A stretch of 64,000 nt of DNA. It comes from Entomortierella parvispora E1425. Taxonomy: Eukaryota > Fungi > Mortierellomycota. Each line of letters starts with the position of its first letter. The stretch's first letter is position 1. This document shows, piece by piece, positions 29,301 through 42,100 of this stretch. The DNA lies in contig BQFW01000012.1 in the NCBI GenBank assembly GCA_020891255.1, forward strand, positions 1,178,001 through 1,242,000, given 5' to 3'. A program made the translations under genes and the position numbers. The notes under the pieces were generated by a model. The model did no database searches. It saw only the letters and a program-made list of their open reading frames with translations, and was not told where the DNA came from.

Positions 29301-31497
29301 GTGGGGTTGGTATGGCACGGATGGGCTCTGGATCGGAGGCATCGGGTTTTTAGGAGGAGGGGATGGCATTTGTGTGGGTAAAGGCATGGGTGCTGATGTC
29401 ACTGGGGATGCTGCCCCGGGTCCCAGACCCTGCGACTGCTGTGGATAGTTTTGAGACTGTGTCTGCTGCGTCTGTTGTGGTTGCTGTTGAATCTGCTGTG
29501 GCTGCCGTGGCGGAATGTAATTCTCTGCGACGGGCATAGGGATACTCAATGGCCTCTCAGGTCGAGGAGGGGGTTGTGGCTGTCCACTGCCTGCTCCCTG
29601 GCCAGAGGCCTGGAAGGATGCAGGGAGATGTCCACCGCCGGTGTAAAGCGAGTCGCCAGGATATCCGCCTGCAGGTCGAGGAAAGAGATCGCGCCCATTG
29701 CTTCGCTGTTGGATTTTCAAGTCATCGTAGTAGAACTGGGCAGCAAGAGCACGCTTCAGTATCTGCGGCGTGGGCTCAAGCCAATTGGGGTCAAACGGGG
29801 CCACCAAATATCTGAGAGGGTTGATGTTTCCATCGCTGTCCTGGAGAATGAACGTCTGTTTTGGGCTACCAACATCCCCATCCACTCCTTCCACCTCGTG
29901 CTTCCTGTTTAAACTATCGTGGACGTCATTTTCTTCATCGTCCTCGTCGTCCTCGTAATCATCGTAATCAGCATCTTCGTCCTCATCGTCCTCATCGTCC
30001 TCATCGTCGTCATCATAATCATCGTTGTCATCCGAGTAATCATCCTCTTCTTCTGAAGAGGAGTTTGCAGGAATAAAAACTCGTACGTCTTCCATGGACC
30101 TTGACATAGTACGTCGATCAGGTGAATCTGCGAACCGGATTGTCCGCTTCCTCTCTTTCAGATCAGCCATGGACCGAGGGCGATGTAGCCGATTCAAAGG
30201 GGATCGTGTAAAGTCAGAAGTGTTAACAGGCGGGTCGCCGATAGTGGGGTGACTGATATTCAACGCCCTGATCGTAGTGGGTTGTGATGCGCTCCTGGAC
30301 TTGGCAAAACTAGACCGAAGTTGTTGAAGTCTATTCAGCTTCTTGCCAGTCTTCGCTGGCGACTGCTTCTTATCGGATCTTCTCAAGATTGAACGGGTTT
30401 TGGAAGCAGTGGCCTCTCTGTGAGGCGACATTTCCGAAGTATCCGGCGCCGGCTATCAGGGATAAAGAATGTCCAGAAGTAGAGACGGGAAAAATGGAAA
30501 AGAAAAAAACAGCAATCGTGTGTTCAGCATGGTGCAACATAGAGTCCGACGTAGCAAAACAACCACAGTTGAGGACAGCAATTGAAAGCGTGCCCCCAGC
30601 CCCAATCCTTCATTGTTGTCGACTTACGATGGGGTCACACAGCCACAAACGGAGATGGACTTGACCCGACTTCACGCCGTCGTTTGAAAGTTGAAGCCAG
30701 CCTAAGAAGCAGGGGTGAACAAGAAAAATAAATACAAGAGAACATGTAAAGTGCCAATGGCACGGGGTCGGGGGAACAATGAGTGGAAGAGGTCAGGAAC
30801 GGACGACGAACCACACGCCCCATTTTCGAACCTCTATTTCCCTTTCTCTCTCTCTCTGACAGCCACTGCTCTTGCTGCTCTCTGAACACTACTCCTGGCT
30901 CTCGCCAACCGTATTGGAGGAAAACGGGCCTTACCGTCATAGAGGCCCGCGTCGGACGAAAACAGCACTTGCTTCAGGTCCACATCACAGGTACCAATCA
31001 GCCCGCCCTTGGCCCCTGTCTGTTCATGATAACAGGATATCTTCAGTGTTGTTTCTTCCTGAGTGCCATCGTGAATTTCATGAAAGGTTTTCTAAGCGCA
31101 CAATCAAAGTTGGGTTCCAGGTCAAGGACCAACGCGTACAGTTAGTTCAGCATTCACCAAGCCCAGCAAACTGAAACCGAGTCCGAGTTAGTGTTAGTGG
31201 CAAAAGAGAAAGAGAATACAGGCGGGCACTCACAGTGTGGTTCCAAGAAGGGTTCACACCGCCCTTGACGGCGACTGCTGTGTACTTTGTCAGCTTTTGA
31301 ATGAAGAATGACAGGTAGGGATCTAACAGTGAAGTAAAAGAACCATTGAGTTTGTTCATTCTGTCTTGCATGTTGGTAATGGACAGGGATTTTTTTTTTG
31401 TGCTTTTCTGACCTTGGGTTCCAAACCGCTTCTTGTTGGCTAGATCCTTGCCTGCCACAGCAGTGATTTTGAGTCCTCTCGGGAACGATTGCACCAT
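26301..31497 (-). CDS. ~1518-aa C2 - Pro/Gln-rich - pseudokinase - COR-like protein, 5 exons
   Basis: Exons 31497-31413, 31322-31234, 31091-30935, 30701-30628 and 30452-26301 splice in phase via GT-AG introns. C2 'KDLANKKRFGTQDPY...GGVNPSWNH...LIGTCDVDL'; kinase fold 'VILKY', 'HLNIKPSNF', 'WKLIDFE', 'YAAPE', 'DVWSLG'; tail 'PRLFMLLP...LRLVLLCE...HRGY...GGLYK...WIC'. Confidence 0.85.
28750..28920 (-). repeat. About four tandem 42-nt (14-aa) coding repeats, xQE(P/S/T)SR(T/P)(N/S)(S/N)(F/Y)K
   Basis: 'DQEPSRTNSFKPPFTQESSRTNSYKMPADQETSRPSNFKMQADQEPSRPSNFKMP'. Confidence 0.85.
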
Positions 31498-33263
31498 GGC
31501 CAAGTCTGCAAGTTAGGGAAAAAGAACAAGGAGGTGGGCGAGAATGAAAAGGGGAGGGGGGGGGGAAGGTGCAAGGTCGGCGCAGGCACAGGGCGTGTTG
31601 CTCGGACAGCAAAAAGAGAGAAAAAAGGAAGCAAAAGGATGAGGCTGCAAAGGACAAGAGAGGAGAAGAGCAAGCAAGAAAGTGAGAGCGAGTGAGAGCG
31701 AGAGAGGAAGGCTATCGGCACGGCGGTGTTAATGGAAGTATGAAAAAAGGGTATATCGCCGAGATACTGCGATGATGGGGTCGTAAAGTTGAAAAGGAAA
31801 GGAAGAAAGAAAGAGAGCGATGGAAGCTAGCTTGCAGTAGAGATGAGGATTGTTTTGGGACAATTGCCAGGAGCGATGGACAAATCAAACAGCGGACAAC
31901 GATGCAGAAGAGGAAGAGGTTGTCCACCCAAACGACCAGTGTAACCACACTGTTTTGTTTTCAAAGGAAGCACAAGTCAGCACGAGCAGGTCTCCCGCGC
32001 TTCCTCACCGCCCCCTATCGCCCCTGTGAGCGGAAGGTTTGGGCTGGATCTCACAGAGCGTTCCCAACCGATCTAGCAATGCCCTTGAGAAAGAATGGAC
32101 AGTACAGTTCTTGGCCAGCTTCCTTCCAAGGGCAGAAACGACTGGACCGTTGGTCCGTTTTTTAAGGTGGAGAGTCAACAGAGCAAGGATGCTTGCCCAT
32201 TGTGGCCAAGCACGCTTGTAAAAGAGACACGAGTTATGGCCATGACAATAAGGGACGTGCCTTGGATAATGGGTGCTAATTCTTCCGGCGCAAGTAGTAG
32301 GCCATGGTTAATGACCTGTAGAGCGCGTCTGGTCGAATCTTCTCCTCCTCCCATGCCCTCTCTCTTTATTTTTCTCTCTGCCAATGTTCTTGCTGTTGGC
32401 CTACGGATACGTTGACCCCCCTCATCTTGCTACGGTTGAGTCGACTCCTAGTGGAATGATGATGTCGATGAACAAAAATGAACAACAAACATTTTGCGCC
32501 ACCACAACCTGGGTTGCAGTAGTAGTTGCTCAGTCCTCCTTCTCTCACAGAAGGCCCAATGCTCTTGTTGACAAGATCTAGCCCATGATCCGTGTGTTTT
32601 CCAAGGGCCCATGACGACCTGTTGTTTTGGTGACGATAGCTCTTTTCACTCGTCACCCTTCATTTGTCGATTGTGTGTGCTACCTTGGTCCCTTTTTTGG
32701 ACCATTGGCTTTGACACCCGACGAGGGCCTGGTCCTTCTCTTTGCCAGACCCGACTTTTCGTTATATAGATAGATATAGTGTGGAGATCGAATCTTGGGC
32801 GAAGCCCTCAATAAGAAAGAGAAAAAAGAAAACAATGGTGGGGGGAATTGATCTGTGCACGTATACCCCAAGCATACGTGGAAAAGTGTGTGCTCAGCTT
32901 CCCTAGAGCATCTCCAGAAAGTGGACAATCACTTAAACCCCGCGGTCTCTCGGAATGCCGAAGGACAAAAAAAAAGTGGTGAGCGATCCCATGGACGAGG
33001 GCTCAAAAAAAAAAAATAAGCATTTTGCTTTGTTGATTGGCACATGAAGGCCATTTCCATTGTGGCCTAGTCATCACAAATGCACCTGTGAATATCTCTT
33101 GTGGGAACGCAAGCAATAAAGGGGGAATGGAGAAGACCCCGGGAGGGGTCCATGTGCTGATCTTTATGATAAGATGTGTGGTGTGTGTGTGTGTGTTTGA
33201 ATGATGTCTAGCCTCGGAAACAAAAAAGGAGAGCAAGATAAAGAAATATCATGCAGATCTCCT

Positions 33264-34460
33264 TTACTTCTTGAAGAAGACAACGCCTCCCTCGTCCTCA
33301 ACAAACTTGCACTCTCGGAAAGATCTCCAGCAGGCGAGGGCAATGGGAGTGTCATCGTAGACGTAGTAGTCTCCCAAAAGCTTCTTGAGATGATGGGTAG
33401 CCTCCTCAGCGTGATAGAATGGCATCTGCGAGAACAAATGATGGGCCACATGGGTATGAACGATGCCGTGGAACATATGGTCCAAGAACTTGCCAAAGGA
33501 GCGGTCGACAGTGCAAAGGGCTCCACGCTGGAAGTTCCAGGTTCCCTCACGGTAATGGGGCAACTTGGGGTCGGTGTGCTGCAAGAAAGTGATCAAGACC
33601 AACCAAAAGTTCACAAAGAGGTAGGGAACAATGTAGTACTTGGTGACAGTCAACAACGAGAACTGGAGCGATCCGTAGATAAGAGCACCCAAGGTCATCA
33701 AGACACCCAAGTCCGAGATGATCACATCGATGAAGTTACGGGGCTCAAAGATGGGCGATGAGGTGTGGAAGTGAGAGGTCCAGCGGCCATAATCCTGACC
33801 GGAAGCGTTCATGATCAAGTAAGCGGGCCAGCCGAAAAGAAATTGGACAACCATCCAGAACAAAGTAACAATAGGAGCCTCCTCATCCAAGTCAGCGTGA
33901 TGGTCATCCTCCTGCTTGATCTCAGTCGCGGCCTTGGCAGGGAGACCAACTTGAGTACGGGTCTTGGGGACAAAGACTTGATCCTTGGTCAAATGTCCAG
34001 TTGCCTTGTGATGCTTGGAGTGAGAGATTCTCCACGAGTGGTAAGGGACCAACAACAAGGAGTGAAGAATCCATCCAACAGTGTTGTTCAAGGTCTTGGA
34101 GGTCGAGAACGATTGATGACCACACTCGTGGGCCAAGACCCAAATACCAGTGCAGACAATACCCTGAGCAATCCAGTAAGCGGGCCAGAGGAAGGCACGG
34201 ATCAACAAAGAGTCGACCTTGTCGATCTGGGTGGCACCCAAGAACAAGAGGGAAGCCCAGGTGAGGTCGATGGCCACATGGCAAAGACCTCGGAGACCGG
34301 AGCGCTCAAAGCAGTGAGCAGGGATGCACTCGCGGATCTCCTTGATGGTGAACTCGGGCAACTGGTAGTTGCGCTCGAAGGTTGGCTTGGTTCCTGAGGG
34401 TGTGGGGGCGGGGATGTGACGGTGGGTCAAACCGGCATCGATTGTGTTGGGTGGGGCCAT
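33264..34460 (-). CDS. FAD2: Delta-12 (omega-6) fatty acid desaturase, intronless, 398 aa
   Basis: Starts 'MAPPNTIDAGLTHRH'; three His boxes HECGH, HSKHH, HVAHH; ends 'VVFFKK'. Closely resembles M. alpina delta-12 desaturase as I remember it. Confidence 0.98.
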   Translation of the reverse strand: MAPPNTIDAGLTHRHIPAPTPSGTKPTFERNYQLPEFTIKEIRECIPAHCFERSGLRGLCHVAIDLTWASLLFLGATQIDKVDSLLIRAFLWPAYWIAQGIVCTGIWVLAHECGHQSFSTSKTLNNTVGWILHSLLLVPYHSWRISHSKHHKATGHLTKDQVFVPKTRTQVGLPAKAATEIKQEDDHHADLDEEAPIVTLFWMVVQFLFGWPAYLIMNASGQDYGRWTSHFHTSSPIFEPRNFIDVIISDLGVLMTLGALIYGSLQFSLLTVTKYYIVPYLFVNFWLVLITFLQHTDPKLPHYREGTWNFQRGALCTVDRSFGKFLDHMFHGIVHTHVAHHLFSQMPFYHAEEATHHLKKLLGDYYVYDDTPIALACWRSFRECKFVEDEGGVVFFKK

Positions 34461-35463
34461 GGCTTTGTGTCTGCGTGGATTTGTTGTTGTTTGTCGAGGT
34501 GCGGACAAAGACCAACAGAATTCGGAAAAGGTGGGGAGGGAGGGAGGAAGGGTGAAGAAAGGGAAGAGGAAGAAAAGAGAGAAAAGAAAATAAAAGAGTG
34601 AGAAAAGAAAACAGGGAGCCGCCAACGAGGCCCGGACGGAGCACCGAGAACGAGATAGGGACACCCGAACAGGAACAGCGCTTGGAATTGGTGTGATCCA
34701 CGTTGTACCTAACACACCACAGGAGGTCTGCACAGACAAAGGCAGCGATCCCATAGCGGGCATGGCAACACAAACAAGTGGATTACTGCTGATTCATCGG
34801 ATTCACTTTTCAGTGTATCTTCCAGGGGCGACTGCCTCGATTCAAGGTCCGTTGCAGCCCCAAAAAAGTTGAGTACAAAAACGTGACTGCCATGTTTAAT
34901 TGCTTCATGCTACTCTGTTAAGGGTATGGAACGCCACCAAATCATGTCGACCTCGACTCCCATGTCGCACAAGGAAGAACATGAGAACAACCATATCGTT
35001 TACTTTCCTGCGTCCTCCTCCTCCAGTATCAAAAAAGATGCCTGCTGTCTACCACCAGGTGTGTTATTTGTGATCACTGAGCCCTGTCGTTGTCAAAGTC
35101 ATGGGTGAACTCAACAGGTTACGGCTCAAGATGGTCATAGAAGGAGCATGCTGATCTCTCCGGTGACTTTTGGAGTATTATGCATGTGCCATTTTATATT
35201 GACGCGTCCTGCACCAAACACATGTTCACAAGCGACTCCCCAACAATGAAGAAATAGGGTCCAGCGCTTTCCCCTACATAACAGAAACTTGTGCATGGTG
35301 GAAATAGCCAAAGCAAATAGAAGATATTATTACCACTGTATATACCTCCCTGAAGACAGCGATTCTTTACAGCGAGAGTAGCCTCGCTGTCGCCACCTTT
35401 CCTTTGTCCACATCTTTTTTCACGAGATACACGCAAGAGAAAAAAAATAAAAAAATAAATGCC

Positions 35464-35505
35464 ATGTGCTATGTGCTATGTGCTATGTGCTATGTGCTAT
35501 GTGCT
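35464..35505. repeat. Heptanucleotide tandem repeat (ATGTGCT)x6
   Basis: Six perfect copies just downstream of the stop of the 35656-38205 gene. Confidence 0.95.
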
Positions 35506-35655
35506 ATGATCAATTTTTTTTTTAAAAAATGAAACTGGTGGATATAGCGGACCAAGTCTCCTTTGGTGCGAAAGCTCGCCAGGTGTGAATGCGCGTGTAG
35601 TTGAACAAAATACGGTTGTATGAAAATGGAAGGGGGAGGAGGGGAAGGTATATTT

Positions 35656-35677
35656 TTAATAGTAGCCATACGTCGAT

Positions 35678-35709
<32 letters not shown>

Positions 35710-38205
35710 TTGCTGAAGCTGCTGCATATGAAGCTGTTGCTCGTATACCTGCTGATGTTGATGTTGCTCCTGCTCTTGCAATTGATGTTGCTGCATGCTA
35801 GATCTTTGCTCGAACGGATTTCCGTGGGGAGAGGAAGGTCTCAAGCCATCCTCTACAGGGACAAAAGGACTTGTCAACAGCGACGACGGGCGGTTCAGCA
35901 GTGACGAATCGGGCAGTAGAGCGTTGTTCGAGGCTGATGAAGACGGAGGGCTAATAAACTTTGCATGGGCTGCTGAAATAGGGGTCGGGGACTGAGAGCC
36001 GAGCAAGGGACTGGAATAGGTGGCAGCGATAGGTGCAGGTGAATGAGGTCGGGTGGATGAGTAGGAAATCTGGCTTGTCCTGTTCTGTGCGATGGCTCCG
36101 GGCCTTGTAGCAGCAGCCTCAGCTGCGGCAACAATAGCCACAGCAGGATATTTTGCGTTCATGAGTGAAGGCACGGGCGACTCAGATCCTTTGCTACGAC
36201 CGCCTTGGTTGTTGAGTTCCTGCATCCTTGCTGCATGGGCGGCAGCAATGGGCGTGGGCGAGTGTGGTCTTGCTGGACTGCCAGCATACGGCGCACTAGG
36301 GCCCATCTCCATCATCTCCGTTCGATTTGTTGTTGCGGGACTGCCGGGTATGTCGCTTCCAGTCGAGAATGAAGCCAGCTCGTTGTACCGAGTTGCAGCG
36401 CCACCATTTCCTGGTCGCTGGTTGTTGTCATTTGGGGCAAACAAGGGTACAGCTTGGATGGGAGCTCGCAGTTTTTTTGACAAATGTTCCTCTGCGGCGC
36501 GTTTGTTACTGTGTCGGATCACATAAAAGCCAATAACTCCTGCCAAAATCAATACGCCCACAGCACAGCCGACTCCAATGACAATAGATTTTGTCTTTGC
36601 GGAGACCACGATGTTGCCCGATTGCGGATCATCAGGTGGGGGATCGTCGGATCCACCCGAAGAACTGGAACCGGGTGAAGTTGGGGCTTCAATAAAGAGC
36701 ATGACTTTACACGGTGCACTCGAAGCTGTCGATACACCTGTGAAGGGGTCAGTGGAAGTCCAATCGAACGCACCTTGGAATTGCTGTTTTGTTTGTTGTA
36801 AGAATACAGAGAGAGGGCACCGCAGTGGTTAGGTTCAAGACTGCGACAGTTTGAGGCAGCTCCAAAGTTTTTCCATATGGCCGGAGGGACAAACAAACAA
36901 AACTCTAAATTATCCTGAAATGAAGAACACAGAGGTTCTCGACCCTGTTTTCGGCCTCGGAGAACCGCTTCCACCCCTGTCCATCCCACCCAAATAGAGC
37001 TCTGACCTGCCCCCCTCTCCTCTTCATCCCAGGTCAACTTTAGTCGGGCAGATCTGCTGCAGATACGAGGTCAATGGCACAGGGGGGACTGACGTTGGAG
37101 ATCTGCACGCAATTAACGAGATGCCCAGGGACAGCTGCTGATTAAAGGGACTGGTGGAGGTTTTCTTCACTGTTCCTGCATTTGGGGAATGCTGCGATAA
37201 AGAGGAAATTGGGATGACCTCAGCTGCACCTCGTTGTCCAAATGCAATCGGACGTTGCTCTCGAATCAAGACAGCGGTTTTTGTGTGTTGCATGTTACGG
37301 TGTGTCCTTTTCCGCTCTTCTTCCTTTGCCTTGTTCGTTTCTCCGGATCCATCTGTATCGCCGTGGCTCTTGTCAGATGTCCCACTGGACTGGGTTGTGT
37401 GCACGATTCCCTTTTTTTGTGAGTTGTGTTGTGTTGTGTTGTTGCTTTTTGTGGTCAACTGTTCCAGTTCCTTCGCCTTTCGCTCTGATATCAGCTCCTG
37501 CACCAACACTGTTCCCCTCTTCTTCAAACCCTCTTTGTTTCGAGCAAAACATGCGCTGTCTTTTCCATCGAACATAGGCTCCCTACTTCTCAAAATACCC
37601 AAGATCTCGCTCAATACCACACGGCTCATGTATCCAAAGAACAAAAAAAAATCAATTGAACTCAAAGCAGGCCTGGTGGATAAACCGAGTTGGAACGAAA
37701 CAAGAAAAGGAAAGCGTCGACACAGAAAAGGAAGAGAGCAGGTAACCCTACCCTGCCAAAGAGGAAACTGAGACCTCAAGAGGGAGCGTGGGGAGGGAAA
37801 AAAGGCACACCATCACCACCTTCCCTCTTCTGGCAGCGCTAAGACGATTGTGTTTCAAAAACTCACCAGAGCAGAGCAATTGGCGGCCAAGGTAGTGAAA
37901 GACTGACCCACGACCCAGTTGACCGTCGTTGGAGAAGACTGATTCAGGGTCGCAAGGGTGGTCACCAACTGACTGTTTTGGACGCAGTACAGATCCAGGT
38001 TGAAGCTGTCGATATCATCCGACTGTGTGTCGTTCCATTGGAACTTGACCATCGATCCAACCCTGAACGTGTTCGAGCCATCTTGTGTGCAATTCATATC
38101 TGCTCGGACTGGCTCTGGGGTCGTAGCTAGAAGTCCCAAAATAGCCATCATGGCCATCGAAGCCATGGCCGAGACGGCCGAGCAGAGTCCAAGTCGTTGA
38201 CGCAT
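35656..38205 (-). CDS. Type I single-pass membrane protein (Mid2/Skg6-like topology), 2 exons
   Basis: Signal peptide 'MRQRLGLC...LLATTPEPVRA'; exon 1 38205-37867 joins exon 2 36783-35656 in phase 0; TM 'IVIGVGCAVGVLILAGVIGFYVI' then RHSNKR; S/P/Q-rich tail. Confidence 0.8.
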
Positions 38206-38874
38206 GATTCTTTGACCTTAGTGAGATTCCTGTTTTTATCCTTTCTCCTGAGGGTGGCGAGGCGGTAGAATCTACTGCGTTACTGGCTGGTGAGCGAGAG
38301 GGGGGGTGAGAGGGGGAGAGGGAGAATGAAGACGCAGAAAGGGATCTTTGTCTTTAAGGGCAGGCGTGAAGGTGAAGAGCTACGAGGAAGCGAGCGTTCA
38401 GCTGTTGGAAAGATGATTTTGATATAAGAGTCCGTTAGCCTGGAAGACAGGGAATGCGGTACCGAGATAGCGAAATAGGGATTGGTGGATAAAGTAGAGG
38501 AAAGAAAGAGAAAAGGAGCAAAAGCGAGAAACTATGGGATGATTATTGATGAGCACTAAGACAGTGACATGAAAAAAGAACTAAGCTGTTGACGGGGCAA
38601 AGGGCAGGCAAAGAAACAACTAAGGTGGATGGGTTTCTTTTGTTATGATTGTCGATGTTGTTGTGCAACACCGTTGGCAAAGGACTCAACAGTCAGTCAG
38701 GACAGCTACCTTGGACAGGGGTCGTCGCAATTACAAGAAGAAACTCGCTATATAGTTGCTGTGCCTGCAAAAAATCCAGGTACTGTACCAGGGGAAAAAA
38801 GTGGAGGAGAGGGAATGGACAAAGGGAAGAGGGGAAAGGAGAGCAAGATGGAAGAGCGACCCGTAAAAGAAATG

Positions 38875-38905
<31 letters not shown>
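38875..38905. repeat. Poly(A) tract, ~31 nt
   Basis: Seen directly; longest of many A/T homopolymers in the window. Confidence 0.9.
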
Positions 38906-38907
<2 letters not shown>

Positions 38908-39177
38908 TTGATGAACAAAAGGGTCGTGTCCGCTTCTATTTCCGTTTTGGCGCAGGCTGGGCTGGACTGTGCTCCTTTGCACAGGTGTCCGCCGCCACCA
39001 GCAGCTGTGAGCGGAGGATGGATGTGGATTGAACAACGACGCCGCCACCTAAAATAGTACTGCACAACCAGAGGATTGGCCAAGATCAGAGGACAAAAGA
39101 GTGGTGCCTGCTCTGTTCGACCCAACACGCTCTACGTCTTTCTTCATAGTTTATTGATTCTCGTTGTTCTTGTGTTG

Positions 39178-42100
39178 CTAGAATCCGTGCATTCCGACGA
39201 TTTCCTTCTCAGGCAAGATCAGTTTGAGGGCCTGTGTTTGTTGCTTGATGACAGCAGCAAGTATCGCCACGACCATGAAGACTGGCTGCACCTCTGTTCC
39301 AAAAGTGATGAGACACATATTCGAGAGTATCTTGGCCACCTGACCAACAACGCGGTCTATCGAATTCGCAGCAATTGAGGCCGCAGTACCGTTCGGATAC
39401 TCGGCCGTCGTCGCGGTGCTGTCGAGTATGATGGACACTCCTATGGGGAATAGCTGGGTGATATTTACAATTGCCCCTATAACCCCTTGGGCCTCGTCCA
39501 CTGGGATGAACTTGCCCAGGAGCAGTAAGAACCCAAGAATCCAGTTAGCATTACGCCAATCCAATCCGGGTCGTGTCTCCTTGGAATCAGGGACTGAAAA
39601 TATCAATGAGAAGAGGGAAATGATAGTGCCTCCGACAAAGCCCATCGTGCCGACAGTGGGATCTTCCCACCCTAACGTCCCCCACCACACACATGCCATG
39701 TTGACGCCAAACATAGCGTATGGGATACTCTGTCTGATTTCGTCAATAATGGCCTGGATTTTGTCCATTGTCCCATCAGAAGTTCCTTTGCTGAGTGCGT
39801 TGTCCCCCAAGCCCCTTGTGAATCCTGGCATCATTCCAAAGTCGTTCTTGGGCATAGACGTCGCCGACAGCTCTGATAGCTTCTTGCCGGTCAGAATCTT
39901 GCAGATGACTGTAGTGGGTATGGCCAACAAGAGCGAGATCGCGTCCAGGATCGTCAGGTCCTTTCCGGTTTTTTCCTTGTAAAGAGGTGAGAGAAGCGGG
40001 ATATTCAACGGCGTGTTGATTGAAGTCCTCACTGTGGAGATGATCGTCTCTGTCAGCTTTAGAAACCCCGTGACAATGTCCCTCAGAAGATCAAGCATAG
40101 TGGACACGAGGTCAGTGCCAACCCGCGTGAAGACGTCAGCAAGCGAGAAGGACTGGGAGCTCTTAGTGAGGACCGCAAGTTCCTCCAGGACTTTCGTCAA
40201 ATCAATCTCCATGTCCTTCCACGTTGGCTCCACAATTTTCACCCAGATATCAATGAACGGGTTGTCAGAGTCATTTTCGCCACTGACAGATATATTTGCA
40301 GTGGCCAGGGATTCTCCAACGCCACCGTGCTCGAGTTGATAGCTGGACCAGTTGGAGCCCGATGTATTGAAGGCCGCGTTGATGGGTCCTGTGTCGGCTT
40401 TGATCTTCGATGCGCTCATAGGGTCGTACGTGCTAGTCAAGCTGGAGTTCTTCGTGTCCAACAATTGAAGATTGTCCTTGAGCTGGCCAAACCACCCATC
40501 CACGCTCGCTTCCATCTCGGAAAACGCGCTGGGGGCCAGATCAAAGAGGTTATTAACAACGTTGACAAAGCTGTCGTGGGTGCTGAGAATGTCGTCCCAT
40601 CCAAAGAGGAATCCGACCCACTGAATGATCTTATCTATACCAGTGACAACCTGATTGAGGACCCAGCTAGCGGCTTTGAGGACGTGCGTGACGCTGTCCA
40701 ATAGAAACCTGAACTCATTCCCTGCAACACTGATCACCCAATGTGCTACATCCTCGACCACATCCACAACATATTTCTCGATCGCCTCGACCCCGTCCTC
40801 GAGCCCATGCCAAAAGTCCCAGAGCCAGTCACCGGTAGAAACCTCAAGGAGAGCGTTCTTGGTGGAGACGCGATTAAGAGAAGCACTCTGGAGGCTGCCG
40901 TCGCGTGGAAGTGATTGCATGTGCGTGTAGAGCATCCCAATCGCTTTACCAGCCTGGTCGACTTGATCGGGGGTGGCGAGGGAACCGGCTAGAAGCTTAC
41001 TGCCATCCGGTAAAGTCACACTCTGGAGGCTGGCTCCGTCGGTAACTTTTGCTAGTCCTTCTTGTACCTTCTTTGCGGGGTTCAGAGTATAGGATTGACC
41101 GACGGATGGATATCCTGGTGCGTCTTTAATGGTCAGCACAACGGATGCAATGTCGTCAACTCGATGGATGACGGTGATGTTGCCCATTCTATCGGTTAGG
41201 ACCAGCACTCCTTCAGGACCCACCGCCAGAGACTCCCCGTTCACTGCGAGGTCGGTGGGGGAGGAGCTGCAAAGGAGAACAGTAGACGCGGCCAGCGCGT
41301 TGCCGTAGCAATCAGTGACATTGATGTGCGATGTGAAGGAAGTGAAGTCCTCATTGTGGCCCGTGGCAGGCACTAGGACGGTTGAGTTCTGCCATAGTCG
41401 GGTCGTCGGATCCTGAGCTAGACGTGTCAACTGAGATTTGTCGCCGACAATAAACAGGGTTTGCGAGCCTGTTTTTGGGTCGAGGTAAACAGCAAAGGCT
41501 CCACCTCCTTGTTCCCGTCTGAGGAGTGGTACTACAGGCGTGATCTGCGTAGTCATGGTGGCATCATTGGGATCAAACTGCTGGTACACGATATCGTTTG
41601 AGTCGGTCTCGGCCCACACGGTGATGCAGGCATCAGTCTGCGCAATGCGGAGCTCCGTGCAAGGAGGATAGTTAAGAATGAGGTTGAGTTTGTCCCAGAC
41701 AAACTCGCCCCCTTCCAACCGATATCGCAAATGGAATAAGCCCAAGTCATCCGCAAGCAAGAGGTCTGTGTAGCCGTTATGGCCGGTGAAGGTGGCCATT
41801 GCAGATGCATCTTTAAAGTAGATCGCGTGTGAAGATTTACCCGTTTTGATATCGATGAAAGCGAGAAGAGGTCCGGCTGGGTCCCCTCCTGTGTAATAAA
41901 CGAAGACGCCTATCGCACCATTCACGACACCGCAGCGCTTGAGCATTATTTTATCTGGCAAGTTGAGTTTAGGACCCCATGCCCAGGTCTTGGACGCAGG
42001 AGTGACAATAATTTGCCAGAGGTGGGGACTGCTGCCATCTATGTCGGTGCAGCTGACGACCAGGAACGGGTACTCAGTGTCGCTGAGTTCTTTGCTCTAT

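Noticed and set aside
32040-32700. Several short ORFs between the C2-pseudokinase start and the FAD2 stop
   Set aside because: No motifs or consistent splice structure; likely promoter or UTR.
33201-34397. Antisense ORFs (186 and 210 aa) over FAD2; similar ones over OCT1, UTP21 and PKC1
   Set aside because: Expected shadow ORFs from biased codon usage in the sense gene.
35464-35505. Tandem repeats as a CRISPR-like array
   Set aside because: Simple 7-mer with no spacers, in a eukaryotic genome.
37024-37779. 251-aa and 205-aa ORFs on both strands inside the 1083-nt intron
   Set aside because: Low-complexity compositional ORFs with no domain or transposase motif.
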